Assembly (NCBI GenBank): GCA_002269645.1
Contig: NIVC01000235.1
Location: forward strand, 65,050 to 129,049
Length of the DNA: 64,000 bases
DNA from: Macrostomum lignano
Lineage: Eukaryota
Reading direction: 5' to 3'
The notes beneath the pieces are model-generated. The model was not told where the DNA came from and did not search any database. It saw only the letters and a program-made list of their open reading frames with translations. Positions 34,965-46,473 of the stretch are shown here, one piece after another (the stretch's first letter is position 1; each line of letters opens with the position of its first letter). Position numbers and translations under genes: made by a program.

Positions 34965-36463
34965 TTAATAAAATAAAAAGACACAAAGGACGTCCCCGTC
35001 ACAGGTCGGTTTTAATGCTTCAAATAGCCTGTTGAAGTTACGGTTGAAGTCTCTTGGCATTCAGTTGTGTAATTTGTAACTCCAACGTTCTACAATAGAA
35101 AGCTGCAGACTGATCATTCTTGTGATGCAATATCAAGAATATAGCTGAGACACTAAATACGCCGGTATGTACATGTGTCTACAATGTATATTCGCAGGTC
35201 TTCAATTGTAGTTCCGCTATTAAAAACTTTACTAAGTCTCCCTTGGCTTGAAACTCACAATATTCGAAGCAGGCGACTCGGCTGTCAGCAACAAACATCG
35301 AAGTTAGTTCCCGCCTGAAAGTACTGATTTACTGAGAGCATCGGCATCAGTTGCGCGTGCGTATATTTTTAGAGGGCTAGAAGATAAAAAAGACGGCGGC
35401 AGCGGGGGGGCATTCGAAGCGGCAGTGGCTGGGCGCGGGGTCACACTGGGAAGCGCGAGATCAGGCGGATTGCGGCTAGCTGTGAAAATCGCACTGCTGG
35501 GCTCAACGCAAATTCGGTGGCAAAGCCTATCGCTAAGAACTCAAGAATACTATAGCGTAAAAATGACTTCTCGGAGTTGATCAGCTGGAAATGAGTAAAA
35601 TGAACGCAAGCCGAATGAATTCGGAGAATATGCTAAAATGATTGCTGACTTTTTCCATAAAAATTGTGACAGTTTTGCCTCTGCAATTAGAAACCAAAAG
35701 CACTCGCTTCACTACTGATACGGGTGTTCATCAAATTAAAATACTCCCCCATCACAGCATGGAGGAGCTGGAGCTTTGACCAATGCTAGGTGAGAAGCAC
35801 CAGCTGAGAAAGGGTGAAAATGAGAATAAACAGATATATTGCAAACTTCAGAGGGATCCAAGATTGCCTTGCTGAGACCGTTGTGACTTCGATGCACTTG
35901 ATAACCTTGCATCAGGCAGTACGAAATGAACCATGGACGCCGCGCAGCTCCCACGCTGTCTGTGTATGTAAAATTTATTCTAAAATTGCTACTGGGCGGG
36001 ACAGAAATAAAAAGTCCGTATCGAAAACCACACTTGGCAGAGGATTCGTTTGTAAAAAAACATCTGTCAAAATAAGTTTTCTGCTGTCAATCGAAACACG
36101 GCTAAAAGTACTTTGGTGTAAGAGCGGTGCTCCGGGATTAAAATAGATTTGCTGCACAGAAAGCAAGCGGCTTGGCTACAGGGAGGTTTTTTGCCGGGTG
36201 CGAGCTTCCTTTTCGCTTGAGGAAACTCGGTAGAAAACTTGAATCATTCTGCGACTGACCATAAGGTGGGACCGCGATAGGGCAACAGAGAGAGACCGGC
36301 AACTCAGAGTGGCAAAGGCAAAAATTCCGTGGCGAAAAAAACCTAGGTGACAGGACAGACAGAAACTGAACTCAAAGAAAAACAAAACGGGGATCCGGGA
36401 AGACTAAAAGAAAAGTTGCGTTCATTGTCAAATGTGTTGCCAGGTTAACCCCGGGCGACTCGC

Positions 36464-39400
36464 TCAGAACTCGGACACGCCAAACTCGTCACCGTCGGAC
36501 TGCTGGCGCACCCAGGCCGGGGCCGACTTCGGCTGCGGCTGCGGCTGGTGGTGATTCTGGTGGCGCTGGCGCTGGCGCTGGCTGTCCTGCTCGTGCACCA
36601 GCTTGTACACCTGCGACTGCGTGTAGGCCGGCTCCTGCGCCTGTTGGCTGTTGGCCGGGCAAATGTGGTCACTTTTGATGACCCGTTTAGGTCTTAGTGC
36701 GCACTGCACCGCGTGCGGTCTGTAGCAGAGCACAGACGAAACCAACTCATTCTAAGACTTTTGTCTGGTTGATGTCGGATCAGTAGTTCCAGTGTAGCCT
36801 AGTGATGTTCCACCTCTAGTTACTCTTACTCTGCATCATCTTCCAAGGTTTAGATTTTAAAGTCTCTTAAGACATCTTTCCAATCAGGATATTTTTATAG
36901 TGTCCACCTATAAAGATGTCATGATCAATTGAATACCATCTCATCGGTTTATCGGCATGTAAGGGTTGGTTTTTGCGACAAAATGCACTCACGAGATAAG
37001 AATTTTTTTGTATCATTCTAATATCACACCCTCTGGACTTCTACATCCAAAACGAAGCAAGTATATCGAGAGAAAAAGTTTGATAAGAGTCGTCCCTCGT
37101 CCTTAAAAAAAGTCGTCGTTAAAGTTAATGTATTATCGGAATTTAGCTGGAAATTTGCTTGATTGGTAGTCTCCGGTAGCATTTCATGAACATTGATAAG
37201 CCTGTGAGTGCAGCTTTAACGAAACAAAATCTATTAATATAAATCTGCCTTAAACAAAATCATTGGCCTCTTTGATGTGTCTATGTTAATATGGCTGAGA
37301 AAACACTTAAATGTATCGAGAGTTTAGAGTTCCTAGAGTTGGCATCCTGGCCATAGACAATTGAATTGAAGCTTTTCGGCCCTGTAGTCCCCGAATACCC
37401 CGCAAGTTTGTGCCATAGACATCAGCATTCAACTCAGTTGATACTTCGGTACAGGAGAGCTTGGTTTGACTGGATTTAAGAGTGAAAGTCAACCCTCAGA
37501 GCCCGAAACCTCGCAGCACCAGCTACACGCTGCTCCAGTTCAGCTTTACTCACTAAGGGGACCGCACGATCACAAGATCCGAGATGAAGAGCCTGCTGCT
37601 AATTCTGTTTGTGCTGCTCACACTTCTCGGTGAGTTTTGCTAAACTTGAGTTTTTTTACTCAACTAATTGACTAATTAATAAATTGCTAAGTGAAAATTA
37701 ACAGAATGACCATATCATATTTATGATTGCAGGCTGCTCAAGTGCCTGCAGAATGTATTGTCTTGGGAAAGGCTGGAATTGTTTCTATGACTTCAAATGC
37801 TGCTCACACAAGTGCGTGATGGATCCCATCTCTTCTCAAAAACGGTGCCTGTGAAGCGGAACTCCTTCAGGAATAAAGCTTCAGATGACGTGAAGACAGA
37901 CACTGATTTACCAACCTGTTCTTGACGTTGTTATAATTTTTCAGAAAAGATCTACATCTTTCGAGTTTGTTTAATTCAGGAATAAGAAATAAATAGGAAT
38001 AAGAAGATTTGTTTGTCAGTGTTCCAGACAAACGAAGGCATTAGAAATTCAAACTTTGTACTGCGCATTGGCTATGTTCCAAGCATTAGGTAGAATGCCG
38101 AAGTTTGAAGCTGCAGCTGAATTGCCAATAATGCAGCTTCACGGGCACTTACTATTTGACCATAGACAGCAGTCTGTTTAGTATACCATTTAACTGTGTT
38201 TTTGGGCCGAAGTGAAATGTATTTAGTCTAAAGCATGGATCTTATATTCTCTAGATAGACCACTTTGTATTGCGGTACGTCTTAAGTGCGTCTTAAGTCT
38301 TAAGGGAAAGTGCGACCGCTGTTTTTCGTCACTTGTGCGAAAAACCGACAGCTTAGTATAGCTTAGGGACATAAACGCTATTTTTGAGTTTGATTTGATA
38401 GAGCTTTTCATGAATTAAATAAAAAGCTACTCAATCAAACAAAGAATGGTGCATGCACTGCAGAGACTACTGAGAAAGTGACGATACTACTGGGGAAAAC
38501 AAGTTCAGTAGTTGATTTTCGCGCTGTCGCGAGTTGCAAAATTTTTTTACATTAGCTTCTATGGCCACATAAGTGGTTAATGAGTGGCCCAGTGTATGTA
38601 TAATATTTGATCTAAATTTGCTTACCTCTGGGTGAAGTAAGTTTGATTTAGTCGCAGATTTGGCCTCTACCATAGACAATTGTGAGAATATATTAATCAT
38701 TCAGGCTTTCTAGGGCAGAAAAGGGGCTTTCTGCGTGATTGCTGTCTATGGTCAAAAAGTAGATGCCCCGCGGGAAGCCGCGTTGTTGGCTTCAGCTTCA
38801 GTTGAAAAGTTTGGCATTCTACCTTATGCTCGGTGTTCTTTTGGCTATACAAAATAATTGGTCCTCTGGCGTGACTCCAACCAGGCAGTAGTCTTAAATG
38901 TGTTGATTTAAAAATACATCCAGACATTTCGGAAGCTATTGACAGTTTTCTCGCAATCTGACTGGCGCACTGACTGCCATGCCCAGGTATAATAAAATTT
39001 GACTAGATTTTTTATTCCGCTCTACAGGCTGAATCCCTCAGTCAAGTTTGACCGTTTTATTGCAAAAGGTTCCGAATATTGCAAGTAATACAAGCCTCTG
39101 AATTGCTAAACCATCCCGAGACGTCATTTGGACCCAGTATGCACTCAGTCGTGACTCACTGCAGGGCTTTACTCACCCCGGGCCGAGCGCGATGCCCGTC
39201 TGGCCCTCAAAAGCCGTGGCCACATTCTGCTTGGAGTACATGTTGATGGGCGTGTTGTACTGCTTATTATTGAACGCCACCGGCACCTCCGCCGGCGGAT
39301 CTTCGGCGCCTCCGCCCGTGCTGTTTAGACGGAGCATGGCCGACGAGCGCTGCCTGCCACCGCCGCCGTGGCCTCCGTGACCGCCGCCGTGGCCTCCATG

Positions 39401-42400
39401 ACCTACGTGACCTCCGGGACCTCCGCCGTGGCCTCCGAAGCCTCCATGATCTCCGTGAGCTCCGCGACCTCCATGGCTTCGACCGGCCCTGAACGGGCTG
39501 TCCTCCCTGACACCCTGGCCCTGCGAGGGTAGGTACGACTGCTGCTCGAAGGCCGCCGATGAGGGGCCTCTGCGCGCCTGGCGCAGAAGATCGGGCGACG
39601 GCGTCCAGCCGAACTCCGGCACCCGCTGGCCGAGCACCGGGTCGGGCTGGCGCTTCTGCCGGTACCGGTTGGCAGCAGCCGAGCCCGACGAGTTGGGCCG
39701 AGGCACTGCAGAGTAGAGAGGTTTGGACTGGCTGCTAAAATGCGTCTGGGTGCCTTAAAATGCATTTTTCTTTGGAAAGTGCATGTAGACAATGGGGCGT
39801 GTAATCGGATAGCAATGTGCGGTTTGTAGAAGCATTGTAGGAGTGAATTTGGGGTCGTGTTTGGCTATCCATGGTAAAAAAGATCAATGTCAGTACGGTT
39901 TTATTCAATACACACTAGGGTTGAACAGAGAGCCAAACCGACGCACGCTTTGTTAGCATCGACTCTGGTGGGCAATAGCGATGACCGCTTTCCAAAGTTT
40001 CTAGAAGACTTTTCCCAGGGAGTTCTAACCACTTTTTGTAATTATTACCGAAATCTGGTCTTAGCTTTCTTAAACCAGTTTGCGCCCTAATTTTGTGTTT
40101 ATTTATTCTGTCTGTCTCGGGAGGGATCGCACTGGACAGATTTCTTCTGCAAGCAGATTTTTTGCGATTATTTGCACCTGTGTCCAATCAGGCAGCTTAT
40201 TCGGGGTAGATGAGGTATAAACAGTCAACACGGCACAGCGGAAGGCTTTCTGCGTTGGTTCTAAAAATACTTTACAGTTAATCTGCATAACAGTGCGATG
40301 GGGCAGTCATGAAACGATTTTTCAAACAGCCAGCAGCAGCTTGAGCAGGAATGAACTGGGGTCAAAACTTGAGAAAATATTTTTTTGGTTTGATTTATGA
40401 GTCGCGCATTTACCGTCAAATGCTCTGCGTAGACCTGCAAATTGTTTGCGTCAGTGATATTTCAATATTTATTGGGTTTGTATCAATCAAACCTGTGAAA
40501 TTGAGACCATAGCTACCGATTATATGATCAAATGCAAATGCTTCAATTAATTTGGTCAGAAGCTGCGGGCCACTCATCTCAGCAACTCACCCGAATGGTA
40601 GGTGTTTCCGTAGCTGGTCGGCTGCATGAATGCTTTCCTGCGGTCGGCCACGCTCTGCTGGGTGAAGGCGTAGTCCACGTCCTGGTCGTCCATGGACCTC
40701 TGCGCCGCGGCCTGCAGGTCCATGGTGGCGAGGGAGCGGCTCACCTGCAATCGGCGAGTGCGGGGGACGACGAGAAGCTGTTGTTGAAGCGGCTCAAGGA
40801 AGCTGGGAAATGAGTCGCCCCGGCGATGCCGGCCGGAGCCACCGTGGCAGGCGCAGCAGCAGCAGCCAATGCGGCCCAAGTCCCGCAGCAGGTGGGCCTC
40901 CACCGTGTGCACGCGGAGCTCGAACCCGGGCAGGTCCTCCAGCCGGAGGGCGCACAGCTGATCGTCAACAAAGAATTGACCACAAAGGCCGCAACTGCCG
41001 CAGCTTCCCGCCGGCATGAGTGGTTATCTACTACTAGTCAGAGTGAGTAGTGTGATCCACTTTGCAGTCGTATCACCCTGGGGTGGAATTTTCCCTCAGC
41101 CAGCTAAGGCGGCGAGACAATTTATAGTACGCGCGAGTGCTTCTGGCGTGTTTAGTCTTGCCGGATTTTCAGCAGCGCGCCTCATTTGCTGGAGCGCTGG
41201 GCGCCTGAGGGGAAGAGGGGATTCGGACCGCCTGCCCGGCCAGTGTGAGGCCATTGATTTCTGCACTCGAAGTTCCGCCCCGCCCGCTCTCCCCTCCTCC
41301 AGCCTCCTGTGAAATGTCAGCCGCTGAATCCTGCCGCTACGAGGTTAGTAGATAGTCCGGAGAAAATTCCCCAGAAGCCTTCAGACAGTACGCGTCGGGC
41401 TGAAAGCGACGCCCACGAAGTCTCTCCTCGCTGGTGCCTCTTTTTACTAATTTTTTCTATTTTTTGTTTGCCCATTCGGTTCAAGCGTCGGCATACCGCG
41501 GGTTTGGCTTGCGTGAAATGCTAAAGTAAAAAACGTACAAAAATAATTCTAATTCATCCAAGTACGGCGAAGTCTACGGTTGGGGTTCTTAGCCAAGCAT
41601 ATTGAGCAATAAAGTATGAAACCAAGCGTACTTTTAAACTGCTTTGCGCAAAATTCATGAGAGATTTTGAAAACAATCTCATTTTTCTCTTTGGCTACCA
41701 AGATACCCCTGGTAGAAAAGGTCATTATGGCTTGTAGTTCTACTGTCATGCGCTACCATACTGCATCATAATATTTCTTCTCTTCGCCTTAAAAAACGTC
41801 TTTATGATCTCGGCTTAACTACTAAGAGTAGCGAAAACTGAAATGATGTTTCCAGATTAAAATAAAACAGAACATAAACTCAATCTCACCCGATCCATCA
41901 TGTAGTTGTCAGCCTGTTGCTGGTGCTGCTGATGCTGCGGCGCCATCACCGGCTGCTGGACGGCGCGGCCACGCGGGCTGCCGCCGTACTGGACGCCGAA
42001 TTCCGGCCGGGGGCCGCTTGGCCGCCACGTGGGCTGCGAGGGTACCCGGCTGTGGGGAGGCGCGGCCGAGACGGCAGCCATCGCCCGGCTCGACTGCGAC
42101 GGCGGAACCGCTCCGTGCGGTCTGACGGAGCGGGCGCGAGGTGGGCAAAGGTGAAAGGCGAGTTGAAGGCTTGGTGTCAGCCGTGGGGTTGTCAACAAAA
42201 AACAACAAAAAGAACCAGAGAAGCTAAGCGTGGCAGGATCAAAAGAGTCAGGAGCGAAGGAGAAATGTCAGAAGTGTAGCCAGGGTGTCAGGAGATGAAT
42301 TAACAGTGAGACAAAAACGGCTTGGTCTCAGTGTGTCAATGGGTCGCATTTTGCAGAAAGGCTACGCTTGTAAAGGCACATCCGCAAATTATGTACACAT

Positions 42401-43555
42401 CTTCAGTGAGTTGCATGGTTTTTTGGTATGAATATCAGAAAGCTTTTTGGTCGAAATCGATTTTGACAGCTCTCTCTTCATCATTTCCCGAGAAGTAGAC
42501 TAAAAGTCAAAATGAAACTTAAGCGCCGGAATGGAGGCCGAACTGAAGCTCCGGACCAAATTTACCGCAATCGATAACTTGCCCGATCATATGACTAGAA
42601 AATGCCGAGGCATCCCATCCAGATCCCTTCCTTACGCTTCCAGTGGATCAATGAGACAAAATGAAAGTTTCATTCCTACATGTACTTGGACTCTGGAGCA
42701 GAACCCAAAGTTTGCTCAGAATCCCTCAGGATCACAAACGACCGGACAGAATCAGAAGCTTCATGGCTTCATGATGTCTGCTTTAAACTGCTTCCCTGAA
42801 TTTACAGCCATGATCGGCTAGGATATTTTCTAGGGTAGGGTGTCTTGGCGTTTCCAGTCCTGCTTGAAAACTAGGGGAAAACGATTTTCCGACAGACCTG
42901 CGAATGTTGAGCAGCAGGGTGCCGCCGCTGTTCTTGATGACATCCTGCGCCTCGCTGTGCAGCATGGTCGTGGCGTCGTAGTTGTCGATACCGACCACCG
43001 TGTCGCCCCGATGGAGCTCCCCCTCCGCCGGGCTGCCGGTGAACACCTGGATGAGGGAGGAATGAATGGATTAATCTGGTGAAGTGGCCTCCAAAGCATC
43101 TGAGAATGTGGTCTGCATCGCATCAGAGGTAAGCATGACAGACTGAATTCAGTGTAATTGATTTTAAAATTCATAACTTTCAGAAGTTCCAAAACCAGGA
43201 CTGCTTAGACGTCTGGTACAAAGTCAACTCTGTCTACACTAAACTTGCAGCGTACTGATGGTAAGCGTCTTCTCAGCTCATGCTAATTAGAAATTCAAGC
43301 TCAGCCTGCTAATAAATCTTCAGAAGCAGGAGTGCGAAGATGGCGTCTTAGCTTGCCGGAGAAGTGTAAACTATCAAGTTCCATCAATGATAAACAAGTT
43401 TGTCCAAATGAGACGAAAGCAAGCTGGCTCAACAGCCAGCAGAGACTCACGCGCTGCACGGTGAGCGGAGTATGAAAATCGGCACCGCCCTGCACTCGAA
43501 AGCCCCAGGGCGTCTGCAGAGAGTCTCTGTAGAGGCGAACAGTCACTGCGGCCAT
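36464..43555 (-). CDS. Zasp: Zasp/PDLIM-family PDZ + ZASP-like (ZM) motif protein without LIM domains, about 450 aa
   Basis: Exons 43451-43555 (MAAVTVRLYRDSLQTPWGFRVQGGADFHTPLTVQR), 42898-43046 (PDZ C-half), 41890-42121, 40591-40744, 39177-39705 (ZM motif NKQYNTPINMYS) and 36464-36647 (ends DEFGVSEF*). All phases fit; 1353 nt total. Confidence 0.9.
37584..37854 (+). CDS. Secreted cysteine-rich ICK/knottin-like peptide, 55 aa, two exons, nested antisense in Zasp intron 5
   Basis: Exon 37584-37629 (MKSLLLILFVLLTLL, G|GTGAGT) plus exon 37733-37854 (after TTGCAG) gives MKSLLLILFVLLTLLGCSSACRMYCLGKGWNCFYDFKCCSHKCVMDPISSQKRCL*; AATAAA at 37872. Confidence 0.85.
37872..37877 (+). promoter_or_regulatory. 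Polyadenylation signal of the knottin-like gene
   Basis: AATAAA 17 nt after the stop codon. Confidence 0.6.
38155..38756. mobile_element. Non-autonomous element with 17-bp inverted termini containing CCATAGAC
   Basis: TTTGACCATAGACAGCA (38155-38171) pairs perfectly with 38740-38756; no coding content seen. Confidence 0.6.
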
Positions 43556-45200
43556 CTCTGCTTGATCTCAAGCTGCTGGGGTGTCTCAATTAAATCAGAC
43601 TGGCGCTGCGAGCCTTCAAACTCAGACCAGCCGCCCGCTTCACAGTCGGTGAACCCGACGCCGCGGCGAAACTTTAAATGAGAACTTCAGGGAGATTTCT
43701 CCTGCGGGCGGGCGTGGTGTCTCCCGGTGGGGCAACGGCGTCAGGTCGTCTCAGGGGTGATAACCAGTTCGAGGGATCTTGAAGAGGATCCGCGGCGATA
43801 GGGGCGCCACTAAAAAATCGGCCTGCTCTTTTTTTATGAAGAATTTTCGTATCTGGCGGAGGCTGGGGTTGGATGCAGCATCTGAGGTTCGGTGTGCGCC
43901 GCATCTCCTTGCCTCCTGGAAGCAAAATTTTTACAGCGCCGCTGCACCGCGATGCCTGTTCCGCCTCTGCTGTTCAACCAGCGAGGCTCGCGCAAACCCA
44001 CTGAAACAACGCATACGCACGCACCCCAGAACACGCCCTCAGCCCTGGTTTGCAAAGTTCACTTTAGCAATTCTGGCGCAACGCTGGCTTGGGGTTGAAG
44101 GCCGCTGGATGGAGGGCAGTTGCCAGGGCTCTGGCAGGCATTCTTCAATCTGGGCGGCTGGATCTTCACCCACCCACCCTTCGTCCCCCCCCCCCGCCCA
44201 ACGCAGGTCCTCACCTATCGATTCTTTTTGGCTTCCTCGCACTTTTAACGCAGTCGAATCCTCCAGCCTCCCATCTTACTGGCCCATCAGATCATGCATC
44301 CGTCCTGCCTGACAACAAGCAGCGGCCACAACAGCTGCTTCATGGTGTTCAGTAGAGCAGCGGGCGGAGAGTATGTGCGCGTCTTAAAGAGGAAGCTGGA
44401 ATATTCGCGCACAAGCATCATCTAGGCTCTGTCTCCAATATCCGCATCATCAGGGGAAGGCCGCATGTTCATAGGCAAATGTATTCCGCAGCTTTTTTTC
44501 AAATAAAATTCTTCCTTGTTCAGGCAAAAAGCACTGTGCCCTCCAGTCCAAACTTTTTTTCTGAAATCAAGCTTCCTTAGAAACACCAAAGCGGTCGGTC
44601 ACTGCCAAGCCATGCCTTCGTGATACTTGCAGTATTTTTAATTCCTTGAGAGAAATGCGTAATACATCTGAACACCGTGCATGATTGAACAATCAAAAGT
44701 ATAATTTGTTTTTCTCCGCAGCAAAGTAAACCAACTCTGAATCTAAAACTCCCGTAATCCTGTCAGTAAATCACCTGGTTGTGAAACCATAAGCTTATCT
44801 AGATGATTTTGCCATAAATATACTCAGAAACATTTTAAAAGTTGATCGCCAGGCTTTTTGCAAGTAAAAGCAACTCGGTCACTTGCCAAATGAAAGAGGC
44901 GTCATTTGCACACTTAGCTAAGGGTGACGAGTTTTCGATGTTTCTGATGTAAATTTTCCGCAAATTAAATTTGAGTGTCCATTTTACATGTATATTGTAA
45001 GTACGTACATTTACATGTACAACTAAGCTGCATGGTTAGTAGCGGAATCAGTCGATCGCAACAGCGCGCCTCGGCAGTCTTTGTCACAGCTATCAAATGA
45101 AGCGAATTTTAAATATCGTGAGTACACGGGTATGTAGTACATATCATCATAATGCCTGTGTGGCTAATACTCGTATGACCGCAAAAGTGTGGAATAATGA

Positions 45201-45412
45201 TATAATCCATAGAAATAAAGACTTTCCGTGACAATATTTGCGTTCTCCGGGATTTTATTTGGTAATATTCAATAATATCCCATAAAGTCTTTATGTCTAT
45301 GGTTTATACGAGATTACACATGCCTTTTTCGGGAGTTATTTTCATAAATTCCTCGGGCCTCAGGCCCTCGTGATTTATACAAATAACTCCCTCAAAAGGC
45401 ATGTTTAATCTG
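45201..45412. repeat. Two adjacent inverted-repeat structures (putative end of a Crypton-like element)
   Basis: 45201-45225 versus 45284-45308 match 23/25; a second long imperfect hairpin spans 45311-45412 centred on GGGCCT-C-AGGCCC. Confidence 0.8.
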
Positions 45413-45731
45413 ATACATATTCTTCTGCACTATTTTTGAGTGTTAATGTTATTACATGTAGCGCGCGGAACTAAAATAGTGCAGTAGCAAATTTAAGCAT
45501 AAATTGCTATGCGCTTTCGTCTATGGCATTAGTTGACGTCGGAAGGAGTCGAGGAGGGGGGAGAGTGAGAATGGGGGTGTGGGTGTAAATAAATTTTAGT
45601 CTATGGCCCACATCGACATTAATATGTAGTTTTTTGAGCCCATAAAAAGGGAAACAGAAGGTTTAAGAGAGCTGAGTAGAAAGACAGCAGATTTGATTGC
45701 TTGCATCTTTCATTTACGCAAACGAAATCGC

Positions 45732-46473
45732 CATGGCTGACGCAGAGCCAACTACAGTGGCAGAAGTTCTGCCTCCTCTATTTAACTACGGAGCTATGCC
45801 GAATGGTGAGATTTCAGGAGTGACATCCGGCGAGTTCGACTTGATTTGCACGTCATTCATGCCCAAGTAGACAGTCAAGATTACAGCGAATCGCTATAGA
45901 TTCTCCAAGAAAAACTGCTAGAGGCTTTAGCTATCTTCATGAGTTTATGAAGAACGTCAGTGAGAAAGCAGGCCTTAGTAGGGTGTACACCAACCGCTGC
46001 ATACGGTAGGTAGTTTGATCTGTGCTTTTGCCCATCATATTCATAATGTTTCTCTGTAAACACATTTATTTGCATCTAGATTAATCAGTTGCCAAATTTT
46101 CTTAAACTGCAGAGTAACTAGAGTTACTAGAGTTGCCCAGACTATCCAGGAGATCATGCTCATCACTGGGCAAAAGTGTGAGCGAACTGTTAAGCGCTAC
46201 TTATCGATGCGTCGTGATCGCAGTTTGTATAGGGCATCTCTGGCTGTGGATCAGGCGCTGAATCATACAGTTTCCGAAACTAATGTCAATAAGATTGTTA
46301 AGCTAGTTCGTCCAAACTCCAACCACAATAAGCGAGGCTACGTTGGAGAAATTTGCGGATGTTTATCAAGAGCCTGTCCAGACCAACGGCGCACTACGTG
46401 TGCAGGCTGCTCCGTCAAAGAAGATGAAAGTGACGATTGGCGGCAGGCGCAATCTGATCGATATTCTTTTTGA
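45732..46473 (+). mobile_element. Internally deleted Crypton-type tyrosine recombinase with a spliceosomal intron (C-terminal catalytic region)
   Basis: GFSYLHEFMKNVSEKAGLSRVYTNRCI(R) at about 45920-46005, intron 46006-46112 (CG|GTAGGT...CTGCAG|A), then in frame VTRVTRVAQTIQEIMLITGQKCERTVKRY, matching the YTNHxxR...IMxxTGHKxxxSxxxY recombinase motifs. An N-terminal piece MADAEPTTVAEVLPPLF... at 45732 has stops and frameshifts. Confidence 0.75.

Noticed and set aside
40826-41050. Plus-strand ORF MPAGATVAGAAA...
   Set aside because: In-register antisense of the minus-strand frame that continues into Zasp exon 4; no independent support.
34185-46473. Idea that the N-half (34 kb) and C-half (46 kb) recombinase fragments are one split element enclosing the Zasp gene
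   Set aside because: Each fragment has its own N-terminal region and its own nearby inverted repeats; two independent decayed copies is simpler.
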